From a candidate division FCPU426 bacterium (GTDB lineage Bacteria > Oederibacteriota > Muellerivitia > Muellerivitales > Muellerivitaceae): 64,000 bases of DNA. The notes below the pieces were generated by a model. That model did no database searches and was not told the origin of the DNA. It saw only the letters and a program-made list of their open reading frames with translations. Location of the stretch: NCBI GenBank assembly GCA_963847625.1, contig CAWKAR010000023.1, positions 1-64,000 of the forward strand, read 5' to 3'. The position numbers were made by a program, and so were the translations under genes. Position 1 is the first letter of the stretch. Every line of letters starts with the position of its first letter. This document shows positions 20,961 to 31,571 of this stretch, one piece after another.

Positions 20961-21155
20961 TCAGCCAACATTTCGTTCGGAGCGGAGTATCTCCAGGGCC
21001 TGCCTCGTGGGAATACTCTTGCCGTCCACGATGAACTCCACCTTGTGCTGCAAGATCAGCTGGATTCTCTCCACCACCGGAATTCTCAGGTAGTCCTGCT
21101 TGGACAAATACCTCAGCCCGTCCTCGTGCTTGACAGCCACTTGATCTATTCCCAT
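20961..21155 (-). CDS. Small hypothetical protein downstream of recA
   Basis: 64-aa ORF with RBS AGGGAGG. Confidence 0.6.
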   Translation of the reverse strand: MGIDQVAVKHEDGLRYLSKQDYLRIPVVERIQLILQHKVEFIVDGKSIPTRQALEILRSERNVG

Positions 21156-21167
21156 TCGTCCCTCCCT

Positions 21168-22266
21168 TTATTGCTTACCCTTGCCTGACTTTGCCGTTTC
21201 TTTTACTGATTCCTTGGCGGTTTCTTTCACGGGCTCTTTGGCCGCTTCCTTGGGCTTTTCTTCAACCTTGGGCGCCGGCTTGGCGAATACTTTTTCGCGC
21301 ACCTTTTTCTCGATCTCGTCGCAGATCTGCGGGTTTTCCTTGAGGAAGACCTTGACCGCGTCCTTGCCCTGGCCGATGCGGTTGCCCTGGTAAGCGAACC
21401 AAGTGCCGGTCTTTTCCACCACGCCATGGTCCACGCCCATGTCCAGGATGGAGCCTTCCCGGTTGATGCCCTCGCCGAAGAGGATGTCGAACTGGCCTTC
21501 GCGGAAGGGCGGGGCCACCTTGTTCTTGACGACTTTGGCCTTGACCCGGTTCCCGTAAACTTCGGTGGCGTTCTTCAGGGCCTCCACCCGCCTGATGTCG
21601 ATTCGCACCGAGGCGTAGAACTTCAGGGCCTTGCCGCCGGGCGTGGTCTCGGGGTTGCCGAACATCACGCCGATTTTCTCGCGCAGCTGGTTGATGAAAA
21701 TGACGCAGGTGTTGGTCTTGGACATGACGGCCGTCAGCTTGCGCAAAGCCTGGGACATCAGCCGGGCCTGCATGCCCATCTGGGGGTCGCCCATGTCGCC
21801 GTCGATCTCGGAGCGGGGCACCAGGGCGGCCACGGAATCGATCACGATGACGTCCAGGGCCGCCGAGCGGACCAGGGTCTCCACGATCTGCAGGGCCTGT
21901 TCCCCGGACTCGGGCTGGGAGATGAGCAGGTTGTCGATGTCCACGCCCACCTTCTTGGCGTATTCCGGGTCCATGGCGTGCTCGGCGTCCACGTAGGCCG
22001 CGATGCCGCCGAGCTTTCTGGGCCTGGGCCACCACCGAAAGGCACAGGGTGGTCTTGCCCGAGCTTTCCGGCCCGTAGATTTCGACGACCCTGCCGCGGG
22101 GCAGGCCGCCCACGCCGATGGCCAAGTCCAGGGCCAGGGCCCCCGTGGGGATGGTGCGCACGTCCTGAACCGGCGCGTCGCCCAGCTTCATGATGGCGCC
22201 CTTGCCGAACTGCTTCTCGATCTCGGCCAGCGCCAGATCCAGTGCTCTTTTCTTCTCGTTGGACAT
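21168..22266 (-). CDS. recA: Recombinase RecA (one extra A near 22015)
   Basis: [66 protein letters not shown]. Confidence 0.97.
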
Positions 22267-22345
22267 GTCTGCCCCCTCGCGCTTCGGACCTTCTCTGGCT
22301 TACCTTGTTTCCGGGCGGAAGGGTTCCATGGTTGTATATAATAGA

Positions 22346-22366
22346 GGAAGAACAACCTGTTCTTCC
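22346..22366. promoter_or_regulatory. Perfect 9-bp inverted repeat upstream of recA; candidate operator
   Basis: GGAAGAACA-N3-TGTTCTTCC about 80 bp upstream of the recA ATG. Confidence 0.5.
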
Positions 22367-22415
22367 ATAAACTACTATTGTTGTGCTGGAGTATAAAACG
22401 GGGTGGAAAACAGGG

Positions 22416-24440
22416 TCAAGCCAAATATGGGGGGGAGGCCAGCCACTTCTCAACTTTCGCCGCCACTTGCGGGGGCGTGAACCCGAACTTTTCGGCGAGC
22501 ACCGCCGTGGGAGCTGAAACGCCGAAGCGGTCGATGCCAATCACCAGGCCCTCAGGTCCCACCATTCCCTTCCACAGGTGGGTCACCCCGGCCTCTACTG
22601 CGGCCAAGGGGGCGGAACCGAAGACGGCGGACTTGTAGGAATCGTCCTGGGCCATGAACACTTCCACACATGGCATGGACACCACCCGGACCTTGAGGCC
22701 CTTGGCTTCAAGGAGCTTGGCGGCTTCAAGGCACAGCGCGGTTTCTGACCCCGTGCCTATGAGCGTGGCCTTGGCGTCTTTGGCTTCGCGCAGCACGTAG
22801 CCGCCCTTCCAGACCTGGCGCGCTTCAAACCCTTCCGGGTAAACCAAGGGCTCCACCTTCTGCCGGGTCAGGGCCATGGACACCGGCCCCTCGGCCTTAA
22901 GCATGGACCAGCACCAGGCCATGGCCGTCTCCAGCCCGTCCGCGGGCCGCCACACGGTCATGCAGGGCATCACCCGAGCGAGGCCAAATGCTCCACGGCC
23001 TGGTGGGTGGGGCCGTCCTCGCCCAGAAACACGGAATCGTGGGTGAAAAGAAACACGGAAGGCAGGCGCATGAAGGCCGCCAAGCGCAGGCTGGGCCGGC
23101 AGTAGTCGGCGAATTGAAGGAACGTGGCGCCGAAGGCCCTCCAGGCGCCGTGCAGGTTCAGCCCGTTGACCACGGCCGCCATGGCGTGCTCGCGTATGCC
23201 GAAGTGCAAAATGCGGCCCTTGAGGCTTGCGGCCATGTCGCCGTTGATGGCCAGACCCACGTCACCGCCGCCCTTGATGTCGGAATTGTTGGACACGTTA
23301 AGATCGGCCGAGCCGCCGATGAACTTCGGCACCATTGCCGCGATCTTGTTGAGGCTGCGGCCGGAATGGACCCGCGTGGCCGCGGCGGAAAGGTCCAGGC
23401 CGTCGAGCACTTTTTTGTCCAGGTCTTCGGGGATCTTGAAATCCATCAGCTGGTCCCAGGCTGATGCCTTTTCCGGGCTGGCCTTGCGCCAGGCCGCCAT
23501 CTTGGCCGCCCATTCCTCGTGCTCTATTTTCTTCTCCCTGACCCTGGCCTGGCACCACTGGCGGGTCTCCGGCGGCACCTGGAATTCCCCGGCCGGCCAG
23601 GCAAGGGATTCCTTGAACTTCTTGAGCTCCTCGGCGCCTAGCGGCTCTCCGTGGGTGCTCTTGGTGCCGGCCTTGGTGGGCGCGCCTTGGCCGATGACGC
23701 TTCTGGAGATGATGAGGGTGGGGCGCCTGGCCTCTTTTTCAGCGGCCTGGAGCGCGGCAAAAATTCCCTTCTGGTCGTAGCCGTCCACTTCCAGAACCTG
23801 CCAGTCCATGGACTTGAAGCGGCCGCCCACGTCCTCGGTGAAGGCCAGGTCCGTGCTGCCCTCGATGGTGATCTTGTTGCGGTCGTAGATGACGCAAAGG
23901 TTGCCCAATCCCAGGTGCCCGGCCAGGGAGCCGGCCTCGTAGCTCAGGCCCTCCATCATGCAGCCGTCGCCGGTCATGACGTAAACCCGGCCCGAGGCCG
24001 GGTTGAAATCGCCCCCCCCGACGCGGGCGGAAAGCATGGCCTGGCCCAGGGCCATGCCCACCCCGTGGGCCAGCCCCTGGGCCAGCGGGCCGGTGGTGAC
24101 TTCCACGCCCGGGGTGTAGTGGTACTCGGGGTGCCCCGGCGTCTGCGAAGCCCACTGGCGGAATTTCTTGAGCTCCTCCAGGGGCAGGTCGTATTCAAAG
24201 AGGTGCAGCAGGGAGTAAAGCAGCATGCTGGCGTGGCCGGCGGAAAGGATGAAGCGGTCGCGGCCCGGCCAGTCCGTGTGTTTGGGGTTGAAGCGCAGGG
24301 CGCTTCCCCACAGCACCAGGGCCGCTTCGGCGGCTCCCATGGCGGTGCCGGGATGCCCGGACTTGGCTTTCTCCACGGCCTCGGCGCTTAAGACCTTGAC
24401 GGTATCCACCACTATTTTCGGGACGGGTCTTGAACTCCAT
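22416..24440 (-). CDS. tkt: Transketolase (apparent frameshifts near 24430 and 22975)
   Basis: SGHPG, RDRFILSAGH, TPGHPE, TTGPL, GDGCMMEG, GIREHAM, THDSVFLGEDGPTHQ. Confidence 0.95.
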
Positions 24441-24516
24441 TTGGTCTCCTGGATTGGAAAAACGAGAGGCCTATTTTCAATGTTTTTTGGGATTTGGCAA
24501 GGGGGTTTTGAAAAAG

Positions 24517-25317
24517 TCAATTGCCTTTCAAGGCCTGCCTGTCTTCAGGGTCAGGGAGGCGCTTCGATACCGCCAGGCGCTTGAGAGGGTTGAGAATGTA
24601 GAAATTGCCCTTGTCAAACTTCATGAGCATGTAGTGCAGGTGGGTCTCTGACCGTTTCTTGCGCGCGTTCTTGCCCGTGCGGCCCACGATGCCGATGACC
24701 TGGCCCCGCCGGACCACCTGCCCCAGCACCACGTTGAGCTCCTTGAAGTGGGCGTAGTAGGCGATATGGCCGGTGGCCGGAAGCAGGACGTAGGTGTAAA
24801 CCCCGCCCCGGGTCTGGTCCTTGACCTTCCAGCCGGGCTGGGCCGCCACCACGATGCCGTCGAAGGCCGAAATGACGTGCACCGGCTTGCCCGTGGCGTC
24901 GTCGATGGCCCGCTGGCGCCTGTCCTTGACGAAGATGTCCACGGCCGGGTGGCGCGAGCCCTTGCCCGACCCGGCGTAAAAGTCGAATCCCTTGGGCTGG
25001 TAGGAGCCCCGGTAGTACTTGCCCGTGCTTAAGCCCGCCAGGGGGAAGGCCCAGGTCTTGGTGGTGGTGGTGACCTCGCAGCGCTCCCGGATGAGGTTAT
25101 AGGCCCAGATGAAGCGCTGCCGGGCGTCCTTGCGGACGATGCGGCGGTCGCGGATCATGCGCTCGGTGCTCTGCCATAGCGCCAGGGCCTGTTCCAGGGT
25201 CTGGGGCTTCAGGCTGACGGTCTTGGCCTTTGCCGGTTCCACCTCTTTCTTTTTGGCCGGCGCGGGGGCGGCGGCCAAAAGGACGATGGTCATGACCCAG
25301 GGTAGCAGATATTTCAC
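24517..25317 (-). CDS. M23/LytM family metallopeptidase, secreted
   Basis: HPAVD (HxxxD), YAHF, VGRTG, THLHY (HxH). Confidence 0.85.
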   Translation of the reverse strand: MKYLLPWVMTIVLLAAAPAPAKKKEVEPAKAKTVSLKPQTLEQALALWQSTERMIRDRRIVRKDARQRFIWAYNLIRERCEVTTTTKTWAFPLAGLSTGKYYRGSYQPKGFDFYAGSGKGSRHPAVDIFVKDRRQRAIDDATGKPVHVISAFDGIVVAAQPGWKVKDQTRGGVYTYVLLPATGHIAYYAHFKELNVVLGQVVRRGQVIGIVGRTGKNARKKRSETHLHYMLMKFDKGNFYILNPLKRLAVSKRLPDPEDRQALKGN

Positions 25318-26147
25318 GGTTTGCGCTTCTCCTTGTGCTTGTGGTGTCCGGGCCGCTCGGAATAATCCGGTTCCTTCAAAGGCCACGGCATGTACTTGGC
25401 CAGCCACAGCGCCCGGCTGGGGTTGAAGGGGTAGAAATTGGCGTCGGCGTAGTCGTGGACCTCGAAAAACAGGTGGGTGGAAACGCGCTTTTCATGCACG
25501 TCCTCGCCCGTGCGGCCCACCCAGCCGATGACTTGGCCCTTGCTGACCACCTGGCCCAGGCCCACCTTCAGCTTGGCCAGGCGGGAATAGATGAAAAGGC
25601 GGCCGTCCTCCTGGTCCAGGACGCAAACATAAACGCCTTCCTTATTGATGTCGCCAGGCTTCCAGTAGGGCTGGGTGGAGACCACCAGGCCGTCCATGGC
25701 CGAAAGCACGGCCACTTTCTTTTTTGTCTTGTCGTCCAGGCCGTCCCGCTCCTTGTCATGGATGTAGATGTTCACCCCGGGGTGCCCCTTGCGCTTGTGC
25801 CCGTCGTAGAAACGGTAGCCCGCGGCCCGGTAGCTGTTGGATTTGAAGCTTTTCTTGGTGCCGCCGGCCACCGGAAAGACCCACTGCCACCGCCCCTGGC
25901 GGGGGGAGGGCACCTCGTCCACGCGCACCTGGGGCCAGAGCTTCTTGAAGATGGCGCGGGCGGCCTTGGGCTCGATGGAGCCGTCCCTGAGGTAATGCTC
26001 GGTCTTCTCCCACAACCTTAACGACTCCATTTGGGGCTCGCCGGTGTAGGTGGAGGTCGCCCGGGCGGAATCACCCGGCGCTAGGCAAAGACAGGCCAGG
26101 ATCAGCGCGCTTCCAAGAAGTGCCATTTTCCCGACTTCTTTCGCCAT
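25314..26147 (-). CDS. Degenerate M23/LytM-domain protein, secreted
   Basis: Paralog of the neighbour, but HPGVN, YSRL and THLFF replace Zn ligands. Confidence 0.8.
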   Translation of the reverse strand: MAKEVGKMALLGSALILACLCLAPGDSARATSTYTGEPQMESLRLWEKTEHYLRDGSIEPKAARAIFKKLWPQVRVDEVPSPRQGRWQWVFPVAGGTKKSFKSNSYRAAGYRFYDGHKRKGHPGVNIYIHDKERDGLDDKTKKKVAVLSAMDGLVVSTQPYWKPGDINKEGVYVCVLDQEDGRLFIYSRLAKLKVGLGQVVSKGQVIGWVGRTGEDVHEKRVSTHLFFEVHDYADANFYPFNPSRALWLAKYMPWPLKEPDYSERPGHHKHKEKRKP

Positions 26148-26953
26148 GTGACCCTCAAGCCCGCCTTGCGGCAGCATAAAGAGGCTTCCCGCGCCTCTGA
26201 AAATCCGTGGATGCCGGACATCCACAGCCGCCCGCCTTTTTTCAGGCGGCTTTTCAGGGAAGAAATAATTTTCTTGAGCACCGGAAAGGTGAGGTTCGCC
26301 AGAATCAGGGGAAACTTTTCCCCGCGTTTAAGCTTTGCGTAAGGAAAGGCGCCTTCCACGATCAGGAAGTAGCCTCCCACCGCGCCCGCAACTCCGCCAA
26401 TTCCAAGTGCCAGCATTCCCGTATCATTGGTCGTAGTCGCATTGCCGTAGTCATCGTAGGTTGTATTACCCATGGCATATATTAAAAACCCCACAATACT
26501 CGCAGCAATACCCAGCGAAAACAGAATGACTCCCCCTAAAGCCTCCCCCGGATTGGCGTTTTTAACTTGCCAGTATTGCGTCCCGCCCTCAGCCGACACT
26601 GTAAATTTAGCGCCTAACATCGCGTTATTCGTGACATGAAAGTGATAATAACCGTTTTCCAGTTTAAGTTCCGCGGGGGCATCGCAGATTTGCTTCAAGT
26701 CGACTTCATGGCCGCTGGCAGAACCCCCGTACCCCACTATATAAGCGTTTGATTCGCCGAGCAGTTCATAAATACCGACTAATTGATCGTTCGGGGTTTG
26801 AAAAACAATCTTGGTGCTTCCTTCCTTAACGGCTTTCTTTCCCCTTTGTTTGATCACCTTGATATTCTGCGCGTTCCCGGCAAGGGGTAACAAAAGAACC
26901 GCCATGACCATCAAAATCCTTAAAAAAACCAATTTCCCAAAGGCCTTTTTCAT
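26102..26953 (-). CDS. Hypothetical exported protein with two C-terminal TM helices
   Basis: RBS AGGAGG, signal peptide, two hydrophobic segments; low GC. The 3' end is uncertain. Confidence 0.6.
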   Translation of the reverse strand: MKKAFGKLVFLRILMVMAVLLLPLAGNAQNIKVIKQRGKKAVKEGSTKIVFQTPNDQLVGIYELLGESNAYIVGYGGSASGHEVDLKQICDAPAELKLENGYYHFHVTNNAMLGAKFTVSAEGGTQYWQVKNANPGEALGGVILFSLGIAASIVGFLIYAMGNTTYDDYGNATTTNDTGMLALGIGGVAGAVGGYFLIVEGAFPYAKLKRGEKFPLILANLTFPVLKKIISSLKSRLKKGGRLWMSGIHGFSEAREASLCCRKAGLRVTWRKKSGKWHFLEAR

Positions 26954-27023
26954 ATCGCCTCCTTTTCGGATATAAAATCTATTTCCCTTAATTTCCCAAA
27001 CGATCTTACCCGGCGAAAAACTT

Positions 27024-27254
27024 TTATTTATTCTTAGGCAACACCAGGGGCGAAACCTGCTTCGCTCCCCGTTGGGCCGTCCCACCCACCTTGCGGACAG
27101 GCTTTGCCTTTTTCAAATGGCGGCCCATGGCATGGTCCTTCTCATGCTCCAGGACCCACTGGGGTTTTTCCTTTTTCTGGATAGGTGCCGCCCAGGATAC
27201 CGTCCCCGCTGACGCCGCGAACAGGATGACTGCCGCCAATAGGATTTTTTTCAT
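27024..27254 (-). CDS. Small secreted basic protein
   Basis: RBS AAGGAG, signal peptide MKKILLAAVILFAAS. Confidence 0.6.
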   Translation of the reverse strand: MKKILLAAVILFAASAGTVSWAAPIQKKEKPQWVLEHEKDHAMGRHLKKAKPVRKVGGTAQRGAKQVSPLVLPKNK

Positions 27255-27329
27255 GTTTTTAACTCCTTAAATGAGGTTGAAACTAGACTACTGTTTTTCC
27301 TGAATTACACCGTTCGATTGGAACCATTC

Positions 27330-28760
27330 CTAATTGGTCACAGTACATCCCGCTCCTGTGAGCGTTGATATTTCGGTCGGCACGTTCACGTTCGTCAGGG
27401 GGTTGCCCGTGATGTAAATACTGGCTACATTGGCGCCCAGATGCGTGTTGCTCACCAGGGCCGCCAAATCCTGGATTTGGTTGTTTTCCAGGTACAGATT
27501 ACTTAGTTTCACCAGTCCCGTTAAACTCGACAGGATGGCGATGGAGTTTTGATCCAGATAGAGGTACACCAGGTTTGCGTCGGTCGACAAAACGGAAATA
27601 TCCGAAATGTTGTTGTAATCAAGGTTCAGTCTATACAAATTCGTCATCCCGGTCAGGACCGTGATGGTGCTGACCGTGTTGTTGTAGAGGTCTAGGGAAT
27701 ACAGGTTCAACCCGGACAAGAAGGATATATCTGTGATGGAATCTCCATCTAATGATAGGTCCTGGAGGTTCGTCAAACCGGATATGACCGTCGTGTAGGT
27801 GCTGAGCGGGTTGTACGAAAGGTCCAGGTACTGCAAATTCGTCATCCCGGACAGGATCGAGATGTCACTGACCAGGTTGTTCATGAGGTTCAGGTCAGTC
27901 AGGTTCAACCCGGACAGGAAGGATAGGCTCGAGATGGAATCGCCCTCCAAATAAATGCTCCAGAGGCTTGTCAAACCGGACAGGACCGAGAGGTTGCTGA
28001 TCGTGCTTGGGTCATGCGAAAGGTCTATATCGGTCAATTGCGTCATGCCGGACAGGAAGGAAATGTCCGTGATGTTAACATACTCTAATTCAAGGTATTG
28101 GAGGTTCGTCAGAACGGATACCGCCGCGATGTTAGTGATTCCCGCGTCGTGATTAAGGTTCAGAGCCCACAATCCGGTGAGGCCTAATATGGGGGTGAGG
28201 TCGGTAAAGCTGTTGCCTGCCAGGTCCAGGGCGGTCACTCCGGCGCAATATTCCAGGCCGGTCAGGTCCCCGATCGTGACGTAAGTGGCATTTAAAGAAG
28301 TGATGGTGGCCATGTCGGCGGGCGTGATGGGGACCGACGAGTTCGCGATGATCCCGTTATTGATCAATACGGTTTGAACCGCGTGCAAAAGGTTCGGGTC
28401 CGGGATATTGACCACCGAGGCGGTGGACGTGACGGTGGCTGTGGGGGTGGCCGTGGAGGTGGGGGTCCCCGTGAAGGTGGGGGTGCCCGTGGGGGTGGGT
28501 GTGTCCGTGGGGAGGCTAGTTTTAGTATTGATCGCGGTAGAGGTGGACGTGATGGTGGGCGTGGCGGTCGGTTTTTTTGAGCCGGGGGGGGATGAGGGAT
28601 TATTGCTGGAACTGCAGGCGCCGGTCAGGCCGATTATCGATGCGAGGATCAGGAAGACAAACCAAATGGATTTGTTGAACTTGCCGACCCTCCTTGAAGC
28701 TTTCAAGGTTGTCGGTATAGCACCGATTTCCATCTCAGTTTTTATTGTGTATCGGCGCAT
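27330..28760 (-). CDS. Internalin-like leucine-rich-repeat lipoprotein with Pro/Thr linker
   Basis: Lipobox LTGAC, TPT repeats, IPDPNL cap, many LxxLxLxxNxIxDIxxL repeats. Confidence 0.88.
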   Translation of the reverse strand: MRRYTIKTEMEIGAIPTTLKASRRVGKFNKSIWFVFLILASIIGLTGACSSSNNPSSPPGSKKPTATPTITSTSTAINTKTSLPTDTPTPTGTPTFTGTPTSTATPTATVTSTASVVNIPDPNLLHAVQTVLINNGIIANSSVPITPADMATITSLNATYVTIGDLTGLEYCAGVTALDLAGNSFTDLTPILGLTGLWALNLNHDAGITNIAAVSVLTNLQYLELEYVNITDISFLSGMTQLTDIDLSHDPSTISNLSVLSGLTSLWSIYLEGDSISSLSFLSGLNLTDLNLMNNLVSDISILSGMTNLQYLDLSYNPLSTYTTVISGLTNLQDLSLDGDSITDISFLSGLNLYSLDLYNNTVSTITVLTGMTNLYRLNLDYNNISDISVLSTDANLVYLYLDQNSIAILSSLTGLVKLSNLYLENNQIQDLAALVSNTHLGANVASIYITGNPLTNVNVPTEISTLTGAGCTVTN

Positions 28761-28931
28761 AGGGAGCCTCCCGAAATAAAAATAATTTCCGGATAGCCTG
28801 CGCCTGAAGGCTTCGGCTTTACCGCTCCCCTGCAACGAGAGGTATATTATCCAGTTTCCAACAAAATTGAAAAAAAACAGGTTAAACGGGTGACTAGCGG
28901 GATTTATTGGAAATTGTAAGAGGACTTGTTC

Positions 28932-29891
28932 CTAATTCAAGGGCAGAAGGTCGGGCACTTCGTAGGCCTGGATCACGTGCTGGCTTCCGGAGCGGCAAAC
29001 CCAGGTGGCGGGTTGTAAAAATCCCTTCGAGCGCAGTTGCGAGGGCGTGTAGGGGCCTTCCCAATTGTCGTTGCGGTAAACCATGAAGGCGGACCCGTTA
29101 TCGGAATGCTCGGAAGCCGCGGATAACTTGAAGAATCCCTCTTTTTTCCCTTCCTCCGGCAGGATCAGCGATTGAATATCCGTTTTCATCGACACGGACA
29201 ACTTCTCGGTTTCAGGAATATGGCCTACTGCGGGAGTAGAAACACCAACCTCCCGTTCCTTCGGCTTGGAGCTGGATGGTTCCACGGTCTTCCCCTTCGT
29301 GGACACCAAAGTGATCAAGTCCTCATCGGCCTTGAGACGGCGGATTTCCCCGGTCAATTGCTCGATGCGCATGGGGTCGGGCGCCGGCTTCCCCATCTCA
29401 TTTTCCAGCTCGATGCGTTTAACGTGAAGAGGGTAGGATTTTTTGAGGGTCTTGAAGCATTGTTTTATTTCCGGATCGACGGGGTCCGACTGGAGGGTCA
29501 TGAGGTTCAACGCGATGGAATAGGCCAGTTCCGCGTTATCGAACTTAAGATTGGGTTGGTCCCCTATATTACGGTTGAAAAGCTTGATGGCATCGAGGTA
29601 AACCCCGTAGGCCGTCCGGTATTCCTTTTCTTCCTGGTAATACTTACCCACCAAGTAATGGCACTGGAGGTCGAAGACGTCGTCAGGGGAGAGGGTTTCA
29701 AACATTTTCAGGGCTTCGACGATATGGTTTTCCTGGTTCTTAGGATTCGCAAAGCGGTTCAACAGGCAGAAATTGATGAATTGGGTTTTAAGGGCGTGGT
29801 CGCGGGGGTTGTTCTGGATGGCGGTCTTAAACCGCTTGTATTGGGCCGAGAAATTGTTGTTCTTCCCGAAAAGTTGGTTTAAAAAAGCCAT
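28932..29891 (-). CDS. Helical/TPR-like protein with C-terminal GYF_2-like domain
   Basis: HYLVGKYY TPR-like helix; C-terminal EGPYTPSQL..TWVCRSG..AYEVPDL. Confidence 0.6.
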   Translation of the reverse strand: MAFLNQLFGKNNNFSAQYKRFKTAIQNNPRDHALKTQFINFCLLNRFANPKNQENHIVEALKMFETLSPDDVFDLQCHYLVGKYYQEEKEYRTAYGVYLDAIKLFNRNIGDQPNLKFDNAELAYSIALNLMTLQSDPVDPEIKQCFKTLKKSYPLHVKRIELENEMGKPAPDPMRIEQLTGEIRRLKADEDLITLVSTKGKTVEPSSSKPKEREVGVSTPAVGHIPETEKLSVSMKTDIQSLILPEEGKKEGFFKLSAASEHSDNGSAFMVYRNDNWEGPYTPSQLRSKGFLQPATWVCRSGSQHVIQAYEVPDLLPLN

Positions 29892-29929
29892 GGGGCCTCT
29901 TCCTTGATATTAAAAGCCGAGCCTGGAGG

Positions 29930-30466
29930 TTAGAGCCACGTCCATGGTTTTAGCATCCTGACGAACCACCGTGATTTCCCGGGTTCTTTGACTTTTAGGG
30001 TATCCGCAAGGCCCTGATCCACCCGGGGTTCCTCAAGACCCGCTTCCGCCCGGGGTACCTCAAGGCTCTTACTCGTCCGGCGTTTCCCTCTTCCCTTGAC
30101 CGCCCGGATTTTTCCAAACCCCTGCTGGACAGCCTGTTCCACGTCCGGGAAGGATTTTAGAATGGTGTGGAATTCCAAAAGATAGTACGTATCCGTCACT
30201 TCTTGGCACATGGAGGTGAGAAACAGGTTTCCTTTTTGATTCCGGATGCGCTTGAGCTCGGCGATGAAAATGCCCCAACCCGCGCTGGAGATGTAGTTGA
30301 CCTCTTTCAGGTCGATGATCAGGTTGAACCTTTTCTTGGCCAGGACCGACTGGAAGGTCTTCTCGAATTCCGGCGCGGTCGTCGTGTCGATGAACCCCTT
30401 GACCGAGAGCAGGGTGATGTCCTTGTGCTGGGGATGCGCCGAAGCGGTGACTGTGATATTAGGCAT
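29930..30466 (-). CDS. STAS domain anti-sigma factor antagonist
   Basis: KGFIDTTTAPEF, IIDLKEVNYISSAGWG. Confidence 0.88.
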   Translation of the reverse strand: MPNITVTASAHPQHKDITLLSVKGFIDTTTAPEFEKTFQSVLAKKRFNLIIDLKEVNYISSAGWGIFIAELKRIRNQKGNLFLTSMCQEVTDTYYLLEFHTILKSFPDVEQAVQQGFGKIRAVKGRGKRRTSKSLEVPRAEAGLEEPRVDQGLADTLKVKEPGKSRWFVRMLKPWTWL

Positions 30467-30630
30467 GGTTCCTCTAAAAATATCTGGCTGAAAGTGGGAG
30501 AGTATTATTGCCTTTCTTCGCCGTTGCTTGCAACCCCCTGTTAAAAACAAAAAAACGATTTCACTAGAATTTACAAAAGTAAAACGGCTATCCCAATCCC
30601 CAAAAAAATACGTTGAATGAACCCCCTAAA

Positions 30631-30670
30631 TAAAAAAACCCCGCCCCACTAACCGTGGGGCGAGGTCTTA
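30631..30670 (-). terminator. Intrinsic terminator
   Basis: GC hairpin followed by a U-tract on the minus strand; paralogous to 31512-31550. Confidence 0.65.
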
Positions 30671-30690
30671 AAACGAACGTTAAATCAATA

Positions 30691-31389
30691 TCACTGGAAA
30701 GAAAAATTGATACCAGCCTGGATCGGCAGGAGCATGATTGGGCTGTCGTTTGTAGTCTCAGGCTTGGTTGAACCGCTTGCGACATTCGGGGCGAAATCCA
30801 TCGCCAATTTGCCTTGCACGAAAATATTCATGCTATCCCCGGCCTTGAAGGCGACTCCGAAACCCGGATCCACCTCAAGATTGGTCCAGCTCTCGTTGGG
30901 GATGGTATAAGTTCCGGAATGACCCTGGTAAGTCGCGGTGACGGTGCCACCGATCGAATCCATGGCCAAGCCGACTCCCAATAGAAAATAGGGTTTTACC
31001 GAACCGTCGCCGGTATTGATATTGTATTGGCCGACCAATTCAACCGGTATATGGTTCAAAGGCGGAATTGTGGCGGTCAGGCCGGCAGGCGGGGGAAAAC
31101 CCAAATACTGTGTCATTATTTTAGTCAAGCTATAATTCATGGCCGTATAACCGCCTTCCACGCCCAAAGTAAACTCAGGTGAGACAGCATATCCCACCAT
31201 GATCTCTCCGCCGAATCCCATGTCGAAATAGTTCGACATATCACTACTAATGGGAAGGGCAATTCCACCCTCCAACTGTAAAACCACATTCCCTTTTGAA
31301 CTGTTGGTGCTAGCAGTGCTGGCCTCTGCGGCAAACGAAATCGAGGCAGTCATTACCAAGGCAAAAGCAAAAAACAGAATCTTTTTCAT
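30691..31389 (-). CDS. Outer-membrane beta-barrel protein (OmpA/OmpW-like 8-strand)
   Basis: Signal peptide, KPYFLLGVG, C-terminal GINFSFQ. Confidence 0.75.
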   Translation of the reverse strand: MKKILFFAFALVMTASISFAAEASTASTNSSKGNVVLQLEGGIALPISSDMSNYFDMGFGGEIMVGYAVSPEFTLGVEGGYTAMNYSLTKIMTQYLGFPPPAGLTATIPPLNHIPVELVGQYNINTGDGSVKPYFLLGVGLAMDSIGGTVTATYQGHSGTYTIPNESWTNLEVDPGFGVAFKAGDSMNIFVQGKLAMDFAPNVASGSTKPETTNDSPIMLLPIQAGINFSFQ

Positions 31390-31511
31390 CTTTTCCACCT
31401 CTCTAACTTGATTTGTTGCCGTTTCAGGGAACCGGCATGTAACCCATTGTTTATATGCACTTTTTCAGAATGATTCAACCAATAAATCCTTCCCATCGCA
31501 AGCTCCTAAAA

Positions 31512-31550
31512 CAAAAAAAACCCCGCCCCACGGGAGTGGGACGGGGTTTT
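31512..31550 (-). terminator. Intrinsic terminator
   Basis: AAAACCCCG.CCCAC..GTGGG.CGGGGTTTT. Confidence 0.75.
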
Positions 31551-31571
31551 AAAACGAACGTTAAATCAATA

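Noticed and set aside
21168..24440. recA and tkt as pseudogenes
   Set aside because: Isolated single-base indels in otherwise intact core genes suggest sequencing error; the same applies to GH116 near 7160
27420..28570. CRISPR-like or DNA-level tandem repeats
   Set aside because: Periodicity comes from LRR and Pro/Thr coding repeats; no repeat-spacer array seen anywhere in the window
31400..31445. c-di-GMP riboswitch in the beta-barrel UTRs
   Set aside because: Only one short hairpin; the GNRA/receptor two-stem consensus is missing
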